Virus record (IMG/VR): IMGVR_UViG_3300020045_004184
Span: 1 to 35,619 of that record
DNA: 35,619 nt
Reading direction: 5' to 3' (one strand)
DNA from: a virus
Lineage: Duplodnaviria; Caudoviricetes
Below the pieces are notes generated by a model, which was given only the letters and a program-made list of their open reading frames with translations, was not told the origin of the DNA and did no database searches. A program made the translations under genes and the position numbers. Positions 8,261 through 16,582 of the stretch are shown one piece after another (position 1 is the first letter of the stretch; every line of letters starts with the position of its first letter).

Positions 8261-8707
8261 ATGGCATTACCAACAGTTTCAATTTTTGGAACAATCAATA
8301 AAATAGAGTTAAAATACACACAAGCAGGGAAAGCGATATGCTCATATCAAATTGAGTGCAGCGAAAAAAATGCTAAAGGTGAATGGGAAAATTTGTATTT
8401 AAAAGGTGCTTCTTTTGAAAAACAAGCGGAATTTATTAACCAATATTTCAAAGATGGTGACGTATGTATAGCAACTGGAAAACTTGTAACGAAAAATTAC
8501 GCTAAACAAGACGGCTCAAAAGCTTATGAAGTTAAGTTAAAGTTTCCACAAATTCAGTTTACACCAAAAAGTAAAAATGAAAGGGAAGAAAGCGCACAGA
8601 AACAGCCTAAAGTTGAAACATATAACGCACAAGGTCAAAAGACTGGCGAGTTTGATTATAGTGGTGTTCCTGATATCGATATAGACCCTGAGCAAATTCC
8701 ATTTTGA
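8261..8707 (+). CDS. ssb: Single-stranded DNA-binding protein
   Basis: ELKYTQAGKA, FEKQAEFINQYFKDGD, acidic tail DIDIDPEQIPF. Confidence 0.92.
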   Translation: MALPTVSIFGTINKIELKYTQAGKAICSYQIECSEKNAKGEWENLYLKGASFEKQAEFINQYFKDGDVCIATGKLVTKNYAKQDGSKAYEVKLKFPQIQFTPKSKNEREESAQKQPKVETYNAQGQKTGEFDYSGVPDIDIDPEQIPF

Positions 8708-9042
8708 TGTATAACAAATACAAAAATAAAAAAACAATCATTGACGGCTTTGAGTTTGATAGTAAACTCGAAGCACGTCATTATTCAGAACTAAAGTTGC
8801 TTTTAAAGGCTAAAGTTATATCGGAATTAACATTGCAAAAAGTGTTTTTATTGCAAGATAAGTTTAAATATGACGACAAAACAGAACGTGCCATTGCATA
8901 CGTTGCTGATTTTTATTACATCAAAGACGGTCAAGAATATGTTATTGATTGTAAAGGATTTAAAACAGATGTTTATAAAATTAAGCGCAAGCTGTTTTTG
9001 TTTAAATATCCGCATATTGTTTTTAAAGAAGTAATAAAATGA
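8704..9042 (+). CDS. DUF1064 family putative endonuclease
   Basis: NKYKNKKTIIDGFEFDSKLEARHY, YVADFYY, IDCKGFKTDVYKIKRKLF. Confidence 0.9.
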   Translation: MMYNKYKNKKTIIDGFEFDSKLEARHYSELKLLLKAKVISELTLQKVFLLQDKFKYDDKTERAIAYVADFYYIKDGQEYVIDCKGFKTDVYKIKRKLFLFKYPHIVFKEVIK

Positions 9043-9383
9043 AAACATACTGGAACAAACAACCAAAGCCTAAGCTTTACAAAAACGGTAAACTACGCAA
9101 AGAGTGCGTAAAAAACAAAGACTATCTTACGTGGATACATAGCTCTAATCAGTCGTGTATCGTGTGTGGTAGCCATCACATTGAAGCGCACCACGTTTAC
9201 AGCACTTTGCACGGCGTGGAGCGTTCAGACCTCTTAATTGTGTGTTTATGCTCTGAACATCATCGAGGGTCAAAGTGTAGCCCTCATTGCAACAAGGGCG
9301 AATTTAAAAAGCTTTTTACGTTTGATGAGTTAGTGGAGTTGGCTGAAAAAAATTATAATGAATTTAAAGAAAATATGTTATAA
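9039..9383 (+). CDS. HNH-like Zn-binding nuclease (DUF968/Ref-like)
   Basis: YLTWIHS...CIVCG...EAHHV...LCSEHH...PH. Confidence 0.75.
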   Translation: MKTYWNKQPKPKLYKNGKLRKECVKNKDYLTWIHSSNQSCIVCGSHHIEAHHVYSTLHGVERSDLLIVCLCSEHHRGSKCSPHCNKGEFKKLFTFDELVELAEKNYNEFKENML

Positions 9384-9476
9384 TTATTCTAAGCATTCTA
9401 AGAAGTAGTAGGAAGTTCTTGACGGTTCTTCTGCCTACTACTTCTTAGAGTTGCTTGATAAGTGAAGAACCGTCAA
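9376..9476 (+). promoter_or_regulatory. Extended -10 promoter and structured leader of the antirepressor
   Basis: TGTTATAAT 9376-9384; perfect 16-bp stem 9397-9412/9434-9449; loop complementary to 9464-9476. Confidence 0.7.
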
Positions 9477-9537
9477 TCCTTCACGTTTTAATATCTCACA
9501 ACTACTTAACAGACTGACAATCAAAAAAGGTTTTATT

Positions 9538-10257
9538 ATGTTACCAATCATCATAAACGATGTTGAGGTTAATTTAGTTTCCAAGGATGGTTTAGTATTT
9601 GCTAATAGCTTAGATGTGGCTCGTGTTTTTGAAAAAGAACATAGACGAGTGCTTCAAGATATTAGAGAAATGAGTGATAGAGCACAGCACAATTTCGTGC
9701 AGTCCTATTATGTAAATACTCAAAATAGAGAAATGCCTATGTACGAAATGAACCGTGACGGATTTACATTTTTAGTGATGGGTTTTAGTGGCGAAAAAGC
9801 GGATAACTTTAAACTTGATTTTATTGATGGCTTTAACAAACTTGAAAATGAATTAAGACAACTACAACAATTCAAACTACCTCAAACATTTAGCGAAGCA
9901 TTGCGACTACTTGCAGACGAAACAGAAGCCAAAGAAAAACTACAACTACAACTTATTGAGCAAAAGCCAAAGATAGAGTTTTATGAGGCTGTAACTGGCT
10001 CTAAAGACACAATAGACATGGGAGGCGTGGCGAAGGTGCTTAATAAGAAAATTGGGCGTAATAAGCTATTTGAGCTATTAAGAGAAAAATCAATCTTAAT
10101 GTCTAATAATGTACCTTATCAAAAGTATTGTGATAGTGGATATTTTCGTGTAATTGAGACTAAGTATAATAAGCCCGATGGAAGCACCAATATAGGCTTA
10201 AAAACGCTTGTATATCAAAAAGGCGTAAATTACATTAACAAACTTTTGGAGGTGTGA
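9538..10257 (+). CDS. Rha-family regulator with C-terminal KilAC/ANT antirepressor domain
   Basis: SLDVARVFEKEHRRVLQDIR, YEMNRDGFTFLVMGF, LPQTFSEALRLLAD, IGRNKLFELLR...PYQKY. Confidence 0.92.
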   Translation: MLPIIINDVEVNLVSKDGLVFANSLDVARVFEKEHRRVLQDIREMSDRAQHNFVQSYYVNTQNREMPMYEMNRDGFTFLVMGFSGEKADNFKLDFIDGFNKLENELRQLQQFKLPQTFSEALRLLADETEAKEKLQLQLIEQKPKIEFYEAVTGSKDTIDMGGVAKVLNKKIGRNKLFELLREKSILMSNNVPYQKYCDSGYFRVIETKYNKPDGSTNIGLKTLVYQKGVNYINKLLEV

Positions 10258-10258
10258 T

Positions 10259-11020
10259 ATTAAGTGGTTTAAACACGATACGGACGCTTCAATTGATGCA
10301 AAGCTTCAAGAACTATTGCTAGATTATGGTGCTAGTGGTTATGGATTATACTGGTATTGCGTTGAGCTTATAGCACAAAACGTAAACGAGAATAATATTA
10401 CCTTTGAGCTTGAACATGATGCTAGGATTATAGCTAGAAATCTTAATTTATCTCTTCAAGAAACAAAAGACATGATGCAAAAAATGATTGACTTAAATTT
10501 GTTTTCTTTTTCTAAAAATCATAAATTGGCTTGTTATGCACTTGCTAAAAGACTAGACCAAAGTATGACATCAAACCCTGAATTTAGGGCATTGATTAAA
10601 AATGTGAAAGAAAATAAAGCTATAAGTCATGATGAAGTCATGATAAATCATGATTTAGTCATGCAAGAAGAGAAGAGAAGAGAAGAGATAAGACTAGAAG
10701 AGAAGAAAGAATATATTGCGCCTAAAGGCTCTCGTTTTATTAAACCAACTATTGAGGAAATATCACAAGAGATCATTTCTAAAAAATATAACCTAGATGC
10801 AGAAGCTTTTTACAGCTACTACGAAAGCAATGGCTGGATGGTAGGTAGAACAAAAATGAAATCTTGGAAGTCTGCTTTAACTACGTGGGCAAAGCGTAAT
10901 AATAACAAATCTAAGCCTACGTATAAAAAGTCCTTAGCCGAAAGTAACCGTGAAGCGATGGACGAATACGAGAGAATGGCAAAGTATGGGAGCGATGTAA
11001 TTATGGGAGAAATTGAATGA
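10259..11020 (+). CDS. Phage replication initiator (DUF4373/Lin1244-like N-terminus), apparent ATT start
   Basis: (I)KWFKHDTDASIDAKLQELLLDYGASGYGLYW; C-terminal FYSYYESNGWMVGRTKMKSWKSA; GGAGG lies 6 nt before ATT 10259. Confidence 0.85.
   Translation: MKWFKHDTDASIDAKLQELLLDYGASGYGLYWYCVELIAQNVNENNITFELEHDARIIARNLNLSLQETKDMMQKMIDLNLFSFSKNHKLACYALAKRLDQSMTSNPEFRALIKNVKENKAISHDEVMINHDLVMQEEKRREEIRLEEKKEYIAPKGSRFIKPTIEEISQEIISKKYNLDAEAFYSYYESNGWMVGRTKMKSWKSALTTWAKRNNNKSKPTYKKSLAESNREAMDEYERMAKYGSDVIMGEIE
10625..10711. repeat. Probable replication origin: four ARTCATG iterons plus an AG-rich tract
   Basis: AGTCATGAT 10625, AGTCATGAT 10636, AATCATGAT 10646, AGTCATGCA 10657, then repeated AGAAG. 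Confidence 0.7.
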
Positions 11021-11586
11021 GACTAAAAATTGAATACATAGCCAACTTTTTAGGCTTAGACATTAAAAACCCTTTAGTCCTTGCAGACATAGCAGAGATA
11101 AAAGAGCTTGATAGCTTCATTGTGTTTATAAAAGACAACATAAAGAACACACGACTCGACTATCTTAACCCGCTTCAAAAGCTTACCGAGCTTAAAAAAA
11201 TGTACTTGCAAGAGATTAACAGTGAGCGACTTGATAGTGCTAGAAGCCAATCGTTTAAACTTGCTTTGAAGTTTAGAGAGTTTAAAAATCAATTTAGAGA
11301 AATGGACGGTAATTTACAAACTGTGGTCTTAGGTCAAAACATAGATGGCGAGACTGTTATGTGCTTTACTAATTTTGAGAACTCGGCACTTGAAAAAATA
11401 GGCAACTTGAAACGATTGATTTTTTTAGACGATAACTTTAAATTAGAAGATGAACTAGACAAAGTATTTTTTGGGATTGTGTATAGTGGCAATAAAACGC
11501 TTGCAATAGCTCAAAAATCAACAAATGACACCCAGGCGGTACAATCTGTTACTGACGTGTTAAATTTAGCTTTAAGGGGTAAATGA
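11017..11586 (+). CDS. Hypothetical protein at the helicase-loader position
   Basis: ATGA-coupled to the initiator; no recognised motif. Confidence 0.65.
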   Translation: MRLKIEYIANFLGLDIKNPLVLADIAEIKELDSFIVFIKDNIKNTRLDYLNPLQKLTELKKMYLQEINSERLDSARSQSFKLALKFREFKNQFREMDGNLQTVVLGQNIDGETVMCFTNFENSALEKIGNLKRLIFLDDNFKLEDELDKVFFGIVYSGNKTLAIAQKSTNDTQAVQSVTDVLNLALRGK

Positions 11587-12047
11587 TGAATATTATATTT
11601 TTAGATATTGATGGTGTATTAAATATGTATGGTGAGTCTTCAAGAACATTTATGAAAGACTACGGACAACACATAGAGCCTCATTTAGTTTGTAGATTAA
11701 ATTATATTTGTGAAAATGTTGATAATTTAAGCATTGTAATTTCTTCATCGTGGAGATTTAATATGAAAGATTTAAAAAAACAGATAGAAGAACAAGGATT
11801 TAAACATTGGAATTTAGTTATAGGAGCTACCCCAGACTTGAATTTTAGAGGAGATGAAATAATGGCTTGGATAAAAGGGCATAATTTTAAAGGAAATTAT
11901 TTAGTAATTGATGATGAAATTACAGATATTTGTGGTGATTACTGCAACATTATTTTAAAAGAAAATACTTTGCAAACAGACGGTAACGAGGGGCTACTAC
12001 ACAAAGATGCAATGTATATTATAAATTACTTTAAAAACGAGCTTTAA
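11583..12047 (+). CDS. HAD-superfamily phosphatase, Swiss Army Knife-like (copy 2)
   Basis: Same motifs as 3936-4436; obvious paralog. Confidence 0.85.
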   Translation: MMNIIFLDIDGVLNMYGESSRTFMKDYGQHIEPHLVCRLNYICENVDNLSIVISSSWRFNMKDLKKQIEEQGFKHWNLVIGATPDLNFRGDEIMAWIKGHNFKGNYLVIDDEITDICGDYCNIILKENTLQTDGNEGLLHKDAMYIINYFKNEL

Positions 12048-12087
12048 AAATAGCGCAGTTGAAAATAGCTAATATAAAGGATAAAAG

Positions 12088-12372
12088 ATGGAAAGAGGAG
12101 AGTTTAAAAAAATAGTTTTTCAAGCATCAAAAGATGATAAAAGTAGCCCAAATAATTGTATTCATCTCTTGACATTACATTGGCATATTGACAAAATATT
12201 TGACGAACACGAAGCACAGCTTAAAGCACAAGAGGCTAAAAGTTGCGAAACTTGTAGTAAAAGCAAAAAATGCCAAATTTTACATAAATTTTATTTACAT
12301 AGATTAAAAACAGAAGGCTATGCAATGCACAAAAATGAGTTTTATTGTAATCAATATGATTATATTTTTTAA
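12088..12372 (+). CDS. Hypothetical protein with Cys motif
   Basis: AAGGA RBS; KSCETC...C...FYCNQY. Confidence 0.7.
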   Translation: MERGEFKKIVFQASKDDKSSPNNCIHLLTLHWHIDKIFDEHEAQLKAQEAKSCETCSKSKKCQILHKFYLHRLKTEGYAMHKNEFYCNQYDYIF

Positions 12373-12402
12373 AACGAAAAAGTAAATAATTATTAAACAC
12401 TA

Positions 12403-12431
12403 TTGACATTTAAAAATAAATACGTTAGAAT
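12403..12431 (+). promoter_or_regulatory. Sigma70-type promoter
   Basis: TTGACA-17 bp-TAGAAT, followed by a structured leader of about 170 nt. Confidence 0.75.
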
Positions 12432-12605
12432 GTCAACATCAAAACAAAGATACCCGCCTCACTGGGTTAAGGTCGAGGACGACTGAACATAATCAGTAAA
12501 ATTATGGTTACTATAAGCGTTACTTGCATATTAACGTTATTAAATTTATATGCAAAATTTGTTAAGCATTTAATGAGTGTTTAGTAAATTTTAAAAGGGA
12601 TAACA

Positions 12606-12854
12606 ATGACTAACCAATCAAAACAAGAAGATGACTTCATAAACTACATTTTTGCAACTCCGCCAACGTTTTTAGAAAAATGTTTAACGTGCGAACATTA
12701 CTTTGGTTGCGATAAAGACATAGGAGATCAGCTATGCGGTGCGGATAAAGACAACATTGTAACGTGTTTGTCCGTTGATATTGAAATGCAACTTGCAAAG
12801 CTTAGCGGTTGCGTAATGTTTGAGGAGATAAAAAATGACCTACTTAACAGCTAA
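12606..12854 (+). CDS. Cys-rich hypothetical protein
   Basis: AAGGGA RBS. Confidence 0.65.
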   Translation: MTNQSKQEDDFINYIFATPPTFLEKCLTCEHYFGCDKDIGDQLCGADKDNIVTCLSVDIEMQLAKLSGCVMFEEIKNDLLNS

Positions 12855-12906
12855 ATACTTACAACGCTTACAAATAGCTATTTTAAAACAAAAGGGTAAA
12901 CAATGA
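12835..12906 (+). CDS. 23-aa peptide MTYLTAKYLQRLQIAILKQKGKQ
   Basis: GAGGAG RBS; TGA overlaps the next ATG. Confidence 0.45.
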   Translation: MTYLTAKYLQRLQIAILKQKGKQ

Positions 12907-13097
12907 CCTACATTGAGCAATTAGTAGCACGTAGCTTTAAACGTGGTGAAGAGTTAACCGTTGACGCTTTAGAGCTTCAAAGATTGGCTAATTATGCTTT
13001 ACGCAAAGAGATTGAGTGTGAGGCTTTAAAAGTAAAGTTAGCTTTTTATGAAATGGAAGATTATAGAAAGCCTGAAAAAATTAAGCTTTATGCGTAG
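12903..13097 (+). CDS. Hypothetical protein
   Basis: AAAGGG RBS. Confidence 0.65.
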   Translation: MTYIEQLVARSFKRGEELTVDALELQRLANYALRKEIECEALKVKLAFYEMEDYRKPEKIKLYA

Positions 13098-13109
13098 GGG
13101 GTGGATAAT

Positions 13110-13211
13110 ATGAGTTTCAAACAAGACCACGACATAGCAAACATATTACTTGCTATTGCGTTTATGTGCCTTTGGACGGCTATTAGCATTTCTTATCATT
13201 GGTGGGGATAA
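13110..13211 (+). CDS. 33-aa membrane peptide
   Basis: MSFKQDHDIANILLAIAFMCLWTAISISYHWWG; abuts the next gene. Confidence 0.55.
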   Translation: MSFKQDHDIANILLAIAFMCLWTAISISYHWWG

Positions 13212-13733
13212 ATGAGATATATCCCTATTGGGTATTTACCTAAAATTAAATGGCAAAATAGATATATTCGTGCGGTTGATAGTGATATGGAAGATACATT
13301 AAACGTGCAACGAAAAAACGATAAAGCGCAATTAAGCAAAGAAACTTATGCTAAAAAGTATCGTGGTAAACTTATTAACACAATGTACATTCCATCTCAC
13401 CAAGACTATGAAAGCAATTTAGAACAAGTGCGCAACTATTGTTTGTATTTGTACTGGGTAATAAATTATTACATAAGCGACCGTGAATTGTCGCAAATAT
13501 TAGCAAAGTTTGAGCAGGGAACACAAGGGAGTTGGTACGTGTGGATTAATGAGCAAATTATGACTACAAAAATGACTATTAAATTTTCACAGTTTATTAG
13601 ATGTGCTAAATTAATTTTGCTTAGTCCTCATTTACAATTTAATCGTAATGCTATGTTTAAAACACATACTAAATTCTTTGATACAATCAAATTAAACATG
13701 ATTGACAAAGAAAATATTTTAAGATTGGAGTAA
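13212..13733 (+). CDS. Hypothetical protein, 173 aa
   Basis: GGGGA RBS; long ORF. Confidence 0.7.
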   Translation: MRYIPIGYLPKIKWQNRYIRAVDSDMEDTLNVQRKNDKAQLSKETYAKKYRGKLINTMYIPSHQDYESNLEQVRNYCLYLYWVINYYISDRELSQILAKFEQGTQGSWYVWINEQIMTTKMTIKFSQFIRCAKLILLSPHLQFNRNAMFKTHTKFFDTIKLNMIDKENILRLE

Positions 13734-13735
13734 AA

Positions 13736-13891
13736 ATGACGCAATATGAAACAATGCTAATAGCATTTATATTGTTTGCAATGGGTGCATTTATATTTCT
13801 TGCAGTTAATACAATGATGAACACGTATAATGAATTTATCGATTGTATTGATAGGGTAGAAAAAGATGAAAAGGAGTGTAAGATATTATGA
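13736..13891 (+). CDS. 51-aa membrane peptide
   Basis: MTQYETMLIAFILFAMGAFIFLAV...; GGAG RBS. Confidence 0.6.
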   Translation: MTQYETMLIAFILFAMGAFIFLAVNTMMNTYNEFIDCIDRVEKDEKECKIL

Positions 13892-13913
13892 GCCTACACA
13901 TAAAGGAAAGACA

Positions 13914-14291
13914 ATGACAAGCATAAGTGAAGCAGACGAAAGATTACTAAAGGCAGTAGTTGGAAAATACCCAACAACGTATAACGGAGCAGATGTTATT
14001 CAGTTATGTCTTGACTTATTCAATGACAAAGAAGATCTAGAAGCACAGCTTAAAGCCAAAAATGAGCTAATTAAGACACTTGAAAACAATGCAAGTCAGC
14101 ATACAATAGCTTTATTTGATTGTAACGATTATGCTAACAAGCAAAAAAGAAAAGCTCGTTCTATCGTTGCTATGTTGTTTTGGAAAGCAAGAAAAAGAAA
14201 AAGATTTTGTACATCAAGATTTAAAGATGATTACAAAATAGCTGAAAGACTTTTCCGTCAAGCCTACGCAATGCTAAAGGAAAACCAATGA
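13914..14291 (+). CDS. Hypothetical coiled-coil protein
   Basis: AAGGA RBS before MTSISEAD. Confidence 0.65.
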   Translation: MTSISEADERLLKAVVGKYPTTYNGADVIQLCLDLFNDKEDLEAQLKAKNELIKTLENNASQHTIALFDCNDYANKQKRKARSIVAMLFWKARKRKRFCTSRFKDDYKIAERLFRQAYAMLKENQ

Positions 14292-14743
14292 GTAAAGCAC
14301 TAGAGATATTAAAAGAAATGAAAAAAGACAGCATTTTTAGTATGGATTTAAACTATGATTTTGACGAAGCCATAGCCGAGCTTGAAGCACAAGAGGCTAA
14401 AGGGGCATTGTCACCTGAAAATATTATTGCAAATCTTAGAAACTCATTCTCTCATGCAACTGTCGTTTATACTCGAGGTAGTTGTGGGCAATTATACAAA
14501 ATCTTAAAAGAGATTTTTCCTGATGCAATAGCCTACGAAAATGGCGATCATGTCATAACTAAGATCGGCAATAAGTTTTGGGATATTAAAGGCGAGGTAA
14601 CAAGAACGCAAGGCTTTAAACTGTGTAAGCCAAACAATGAAATGTTATCTCATTACTTTGGGAATGATTTACAGCACATTCAATGCCCTAGCTGTGACGA
14701 AGTCTTTTGCTGTGGAGATGAAGAGCCAAAGGATAACCAATGA
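14288..14743 (+). CDS. Hypothetical protein (YTRGSCGQLY...HVITKIG...WDIKG domain)
   Basis: ATGA coupling; C/H/D pattern reminiscent of a papain-like fold (unverified). Confidence 0.7.
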   Translation: MSKALEILKEMKKDSIFSMDLNYDFDEAIAELEAQEAKGALSPENIIANLRNSFSHATVVYTRGSCGQLYKILKEIFPDAIAYENGDHVITKIGNKFWDIKGEVTRTQGFKLCKPNNEMLSHYFGNDLQHIQCPSCDEVFCCGDEEPKDNQ

Positions 14744-15115
14744 GCTTTGAAACAGATCATAAGTTAATGGAGCGACTTAAAAAGCTCTACACACTTTCAA
14801 AGCGTGGCGTTGGCGGTGAGGCAAGTAACGCTAAAAATATTTTAGACAAACAGCTTCAAAAATACGGCATTTCTATTGAAAGCTTAATGGATATTGAAAC
14901 AAAAAAATATTACTTTACTCCAAAAAAACAAAATGGAACAAAAAATACTTTTTGCAATTGCTTCAAAAGTGTTGGAAGTTTCAACCGTAAGCTATTATTC
15001 ACGAAAAAGATTTATCAAAATGTCTTTTTTGCAGATATTTTTCAAACTTCAAACCAAAGGGGGATTAAATAATGAAAAAGAGTTGTGGCAATTGCAAGGC
15101 TTACATTCATTGTAA
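14740..15115 (+). pseudogene. DUF2786-like protein, frameshifted at A7 (14922-14928) and apparently truncated
   Basis: ERLKKLYTLSKRGVGGEASNA...KYGI; a plausible continuation KNKMEQKILFAIASKVL lies in another frame. Confidence 0.55.
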
Positions 15116-15260
15116 ATGTGAATTGGGATATAACATCGAAGTTAGCAAAAAAGTATTTGGAACAGTATTAAATCATAGACCACTTCAAGAATGTGAAAAG
15201 CCAAAGAATAATAATGACTTTATAGCACTTTTGATGGCAAAAAAACCAAAGGGGAATTAA
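15072..15260 (+). CDS. Small Cys-rich protein
   Basis: MKKSCGNCKA...CELGY...PLQECEKP. Confidence 0.7.
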   Translation: MKKSCGNCKAYIHCKCELGYNIEVSKKVFGTVLNHRPLQECEKPKNNNDFIALLMAKKPKGN

Positions 15261-15905
15261 ATGAACTTCAATAAAGACTTAATCATGCAACCAAGAACGG
15301 TAGTGCATTGCAAGACAGAGGAAGAAGCGAAAGAGCTTTTAAAATGGGCTGATGAGCAAGGGCTAATGTAGAATGATGGTCTAAGTTTTTTAAAAAACAA
15401 TAGATATAGCAGATATTGTTATAATTCTTGTTATTATATATTCGAGGGGGAATATACAGAAATTTTTTGGTATAAAAAAGCTGGCTATACAATCCTTGAA
15501 TTTAAAGACGTACTAATCAAAGAGAACAAAATGATTGAAGTAAGCAGTAAGTGGGTTAAAAAAGACCATTGCGTTAGAGATGAGTTGGAAGTGGTGGAGG
15601 TTACAAATATAAGCAATGTTATTTGTATTAAAGATTCAGCAATTGGTGTTGGGGTTGTAGTTTATAGACAATCAAATGATTGGCAAGTAATGGAGTTTAA
15701 CGACTTCTTAGACCAATACAAGCCTTATGAGCCAGTTTATGAGTATCAGTATTTCTATGAGCACAAAATAAGCAAGTCAGCAAATTCAAGAACACCAGAA
15801 TATTATAAAAATGATTTAGAATTTTGTAGCAGTACAAGCAATATTGGAGAAATTAACTATCAACGCTTAGACTTCACAAAGAGAGAGCGCACATGTACGA
15901 CCTAA
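15261..15905 (+). pseudogene. Hypothetical protein with internal TAG at 15369-15371; the 15531-15905 ORF is in the same frame
   Basis: MNFNKDLIMQPRTVVHCKTEEEAKELLKWADEQGLM*NDGLSF...GYTILEFKDVLIKENKMIEVSSKW; AAGGGGA RBS. Confidence 0.6.
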
Positions 15906-16087
15906 CCCTATTAATTAGCGTATGCTCAATCTTTGCTTTATCAACCGTAAGTGCAGAATACGAATATAAAATGAACCAAGAATACGCTGAAATGCAAGAA
16001 GTAATGGGCGAGGTTTTCCGCAGTGGTACGGATTTAACAACAAGCTACAACGAGCTTAAAAAACAATGTAAGAAAGGTAAAAAGTGA
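15893..16087 (+). CDS. Small protein with N-terminal hydrophobic segment
   Basis: ORF track; gene packing. Confidence 0.55.
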   Translation: MYDLTLLISVCSIFALSTVSAEYEYKMNQEYAEMQEVMGEVFRSGTDLTTSYNELKKQCKKGKK

Positions 16088-16248
16088 TTTGGTTATTAGT
16101 CGTATGGCAAACAAGTTTTAGTCAACCAATGGTTAAAACTACGTTTAATAGTGAGCGTGAGTGCTTAATAGCAGGAGCTAATTTTGAAATAAATTATAGA
16201 TTTTCAGATAAGCCTATTGAGTTTAAATGTTTTAATATTGGAGAGTGA
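16084..16248 (+). CDS. 54-aa protein MIWLLVVWQTSFSQPMVKTTFNSERECL...
   Basis: AAGG RBS, GTGA overlap, ends just before the next ATG. Confidence 0.55.
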   Translation: MIWLLVVWQTSFSQPMVKTTFNSERECLIAGANFEINYRFSDKPIEFKCFNIGE

Positions 16249-16249
16249 T

Positions 16250-16582
16250 ATGTTTGATAGTTTAAAAGAATGGCGAGAAGAAAGAGGATTACAACATACA
16301 GTTGGTAACATTCAAGGTAACTTGTGTGAAGAGCTTACGGAGCTTTTAAGGGCTACTACTGATGAAGATAAAATAGATGCAATGTGTGACATGATTGTTT
16401 TTAGTGTTAATGCTATTGAAGCTATGGGCTATAATGCTGAAATTTGCATGAGTGAGGTATGCAAAGAAATACATAGCCGCAAAGGTGATTTTAACCCAGA
16501 GCTTAATAAGTGGCAAAAATATAAAACGCCAGAGGCAATGGCTCTTTGGTATAGTGCTGATTTTAATAAAGCGAAGAAATAA
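16250..16582 (+). CDS. MazG-like all-alpha NTP pyrophosphohydrolase
   Basis: LCEELTELL...IDAMCDMIVF...EVCKEIHSRKG. Confidence 0.75.
   Translation: MFDSLKEWREERGLQHTVGNIQGNLCEELTELLRATTDEDKIDAMCDMIVFSVNAIEAMGYNAEICMSEVCKEIHSRKGDFNPELNKWQKYKTPEAMALWYSADFNKAKK

Noticed and set aside
12903-13211. TAG readthrough fusing 12903 to the in-frame 13110 peptide
   Set aside because: The downstream ATG has its own G-rich RBS, so two separate genes is the simpler reading.
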